A stretch of DNA of 59,131 nucleotides from a virus (Duplodnaviria > Caudoviricetes): positions 1 through 59,131 of the IMG/VR virus record IMGVR_UViG_3300022591_000009. The stretch is one strand, 5' to 3'. A model generated the notes under the pieces. That model had not been told where the DNA came from. It saw only the letters and a list, made by a program, of their open reading frames with translations, and made no database searches. Every line of letters starts with the position of its first letter. Within the stretch, counting starts at the first letter, position 1. Shown in pieces: positions 57,569 to 59,131 of this stretch. The position numbers were made by a program, and so were the translations under genes.

Positions 57569-57595
57569 CTCAGCCTGTGCTCAGTTAATTCTCAG
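57569..57595. repeat. Additional triple CTCAG box with an 11-bp period
   Basis: Boxes start at 57569, 57580 and 57591. Confidence 0.8.
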
Positions 57596-57747
57596 GAAAC
57601 TTTAGGCTCAAGGGCTCGTTTGCCTATACCCATATGCCAAATGTTTGGGTTGGCCCACCCTCCCCATTTCTCTAACGGGGAATAGGAATAGCCCGCCACC
57701 TCGACATGTCAACGAGGCAACGGGCTATCTTTCCTAGCGAAGGAAAT

Positions 57748-57873
57748 CTATTTGGCTGGGCAATTCATGTGAAAGTATTGGATGTACCGTGAAGCGGGGT
57801 CGGTTGTTACCTCACCGCAATCTTTGCAGTACCACATCATTACTTTCTTTATCGGGTTTTGCTCGTCCAGCAT
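57748..57873 (-). CDS. Small Cys/His protein
   Basis: MLDEQNP...WYCKDCG...HMNC, read manually; AAGGAG SD. Confidence 0.5.
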   Translation of the reverse strand: MLDEQNPIKKVMMWYCKDCGEVTTDPASRYIQYFHMNCPAK

Positions 57874-57875
57874 GG

Positions 57876-58085
57876 CTACTCCTTATCTCTGCAGTTGCAG
57901 GTGTTAAGTGGATAGAGACAATCTCCGCAAATCGGTTGTGCAAATACTTCCAGTACGTGGTTGAGCTCTTTAATAGCTCCCTCGTACCATTCTTCGTGTC
58001 CTTGACTCATGCCCGAGTAGACGGCTGTTTCCAGCCCGACTACTTGGTTCTCGATAAACTTGATGACTTCACTTGCGCTAGTCAT
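57876..58085 (-). CDS. Small protein with C-terminal Cys cluster
   Basis: CGDCLYPLNTCNC. Confidence 0.6.
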   Translation of the reverse strand: MTSASEVIKFIENQVVGLETAVYSGMSQGHEEWYEGAIKELNHVLEVFAQPICGDCLYPLNTCNCRDKE

Positions 58086-58305
58086 GGCATATCCAGCCTT
58101 TCTTTATGTCAAAGCCAATCGTGTGAGATGGCTCACCTTTGGTGATTACCTTACCGCAGAGGCAAAGATACTGGTCTTCCTCGTCTGCAATCAGAGTGAC
58201 ATCGTCCACTTGTTCTTCCTTCCATGTCGTAACTACTTGGGCAATATATACGCCTTCGGGGCGTGTGACCGTAATCTTCGTGGTCTTGGTATGTGTTAGC
58301 GCCAT
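58078..58305 (-). CDS. Hypothetical protein
   Basis: Overlapping leftward ORF. Confidence 0.55.
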   Translation of the reverse strand: MALTHTKTTKITVTRPEGVYIAQVVTTWKEEQVDDVTLIADEEDQYLCLCGKVITKGEPSHTIGFDIKKGWICHD

Positions 58306-58548
58306 GAGTAGCCTTCTAACACGCAGGTCGTGCCTTCAGGTGTCTTCTGGCACTTGCCGTAATGCGGGGTGAAGCAGGTTGCCATGATTACCGCGCCTAT
58401 TACTAGGGCTAGTAGTGCTGTGAGAGCTTTCATTCTTCCTCCTCTTGGTGACAGGCGCAGGCACATGGTGACCATGTGTCGCCTCCCCATAGCCCATTGC
58501 ATGAGCTATGTTCTACGAATACGCAGTTTGCGCTTACGCCGACGCCGT

Positions 58549-58647
58549 TCATTGGCACTCCCCACATTGTGGGTAGTAGTACTCGCCGTCATCTGTTGTC
58601 CATGAGCTCGTTACCTTGCCACATGAGACGCACTTGTTATTGTTCAT
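58549..58647 (-). CDS. Small zinc-ribbon peptide
   Basis: CVSCG...CGEC; AAAGG SD. Confidence 0.5.
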   Translation of the reverse strand: MNNNKCVSCGKVTSSWTTDDGEYYYPQCGECQ

Positions 58648-58724
58648 TTTGTACCTTTCGCTAGGTTTGTTTGGGTCGGGCGACCCGCACAGCGGAGAGA
58701 GCGAACCCTCTCCGCCATACGCAT

Positions 58725-58865
58725 CTACCGTCCGAAGTCGCTTTGCTGTCCACAATCAGGACAGATATAAGTGACCGCGTTCGCTTGTACTAGGTTCTTG
58801 ACGTCTTCCTTGTCCTCTTCGCAGTGGTCGCAGAAGAAGTCGCCTACGCTCTCGTAGTCAATCAT
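58725..58865 (-). CDS. Small zinc-ribbon protein
   Basis: CDHC...CPDCG; AGGAG SD. Confidence 0.55.
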   Translation of the reverse strand: MIDYESVGDFFCDHCEEDKEDVKNLVQANAVTYICPDCGQQSDFGR

Positions 58866-59131
58866 GCTCGTTCTCCTGTCCAGACGTAGTGGTTCTCGGA
58901 TACTTTCTTGATGTTGGGGTTGCCCATCTCTACCTGAAGCGCCTTGATTTTGCGCTCTAGGGCGGTGAGCTTCTGAATCTCTTTCCAGAGGTAAGTCTTG
59001 CGGTTTGTCCATTGAGCGATAGCGTGCTCGCTGGCGCCGTTAGGGTCGAAGCCAATCATGTCTGATAAGTCAGAAACTAGGCGGTTAGCAGTTTGTGCGA
59101 CAGAGGAGCGCAGAAGCGCGACCTCGTCGTG
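58862..59131 (-). CDS. Hypothetical protein (probably 5'-partial)
   Basis: Track ORF 58862..59059; the frame appears to continue to the window edge. Confidence 0.5.
   Translation of the reverse strand, partial: HDEVALLRSSVAQTANRLVSDLSDMIGFDPNGASEHAIAQWTNRKTYLWKEIQKLTALERKIKALQVEMGNPNIKKVSENHYVWTGERA

Noticed and set aside
54450-57595. CTCAG arrays as CRISPR or mini-CRISPR repeats (a Cas4-like gene is present)
   Set aside because: Repeat units are 5-6 nt with 5-6 nt gaps, not 25-40 nt repeat/spacer units. The Cas4-like gene sits in a recombination operon with no other cas genes.
57600-57750. tRNA or known ncRNA in the hairpin-rich intergenic segment
   Set aside because: Hairpins exist (57688-57728 and about 57730-57746) but there is no cloverleaf, T-loop or family signature. 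They are best read as terminator or processing stems unless a covariance search says otherwise.

Overview
This is a ~59 kb segment of a contractile-tailed (myovirus-like) dsDNA phage. The host is very likely an actinobacterium, given a whiB gene, many leaderless promoters and a GTTTCACGTGAAAC parS site. From left to right it carries: the 3' part of a collagen-like fibre gene; an inverted 3-gene operon (beta-propeller, TPR, FkbM methyltransferase); neck, tail and baseplate genes; a replication-recombination block (HTH initiator, DnaC, DnaB, primase, dNMP kinase, SNF2, SSB, PolA, RecA, Cas4-like nuclease, RuvC); regulators (RHH, MerR-like, WhiB, SpoVS); a nucleotidyltransferase/HAD/TGT-like operon; and class II RNR. 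A bidirectional terminator then leads into a leftward early/accessory region (secreted subtilase, MoxR AAA+/VWA pair, DUF932, many small ORFs). The most unusual signals are non-coding and lie at 54.4-57.7 kb. Three promoters share a triple CTCAG box with an 11-bp period at an identical distance from a -10 hexamer (MprA/OmpR-type). A DnaA-box cluster, a parS site and a strand-biased CAACCCAAAC(A) motif sit in the same region. Elsewhere there are two candidate +1 programmed frameshifts and several RBS-sequestering RNA structures. No capsid, terminase, integrase, tRNA or CRISPR was seen. All product calls come from motif recognition by eye; no database was searched.
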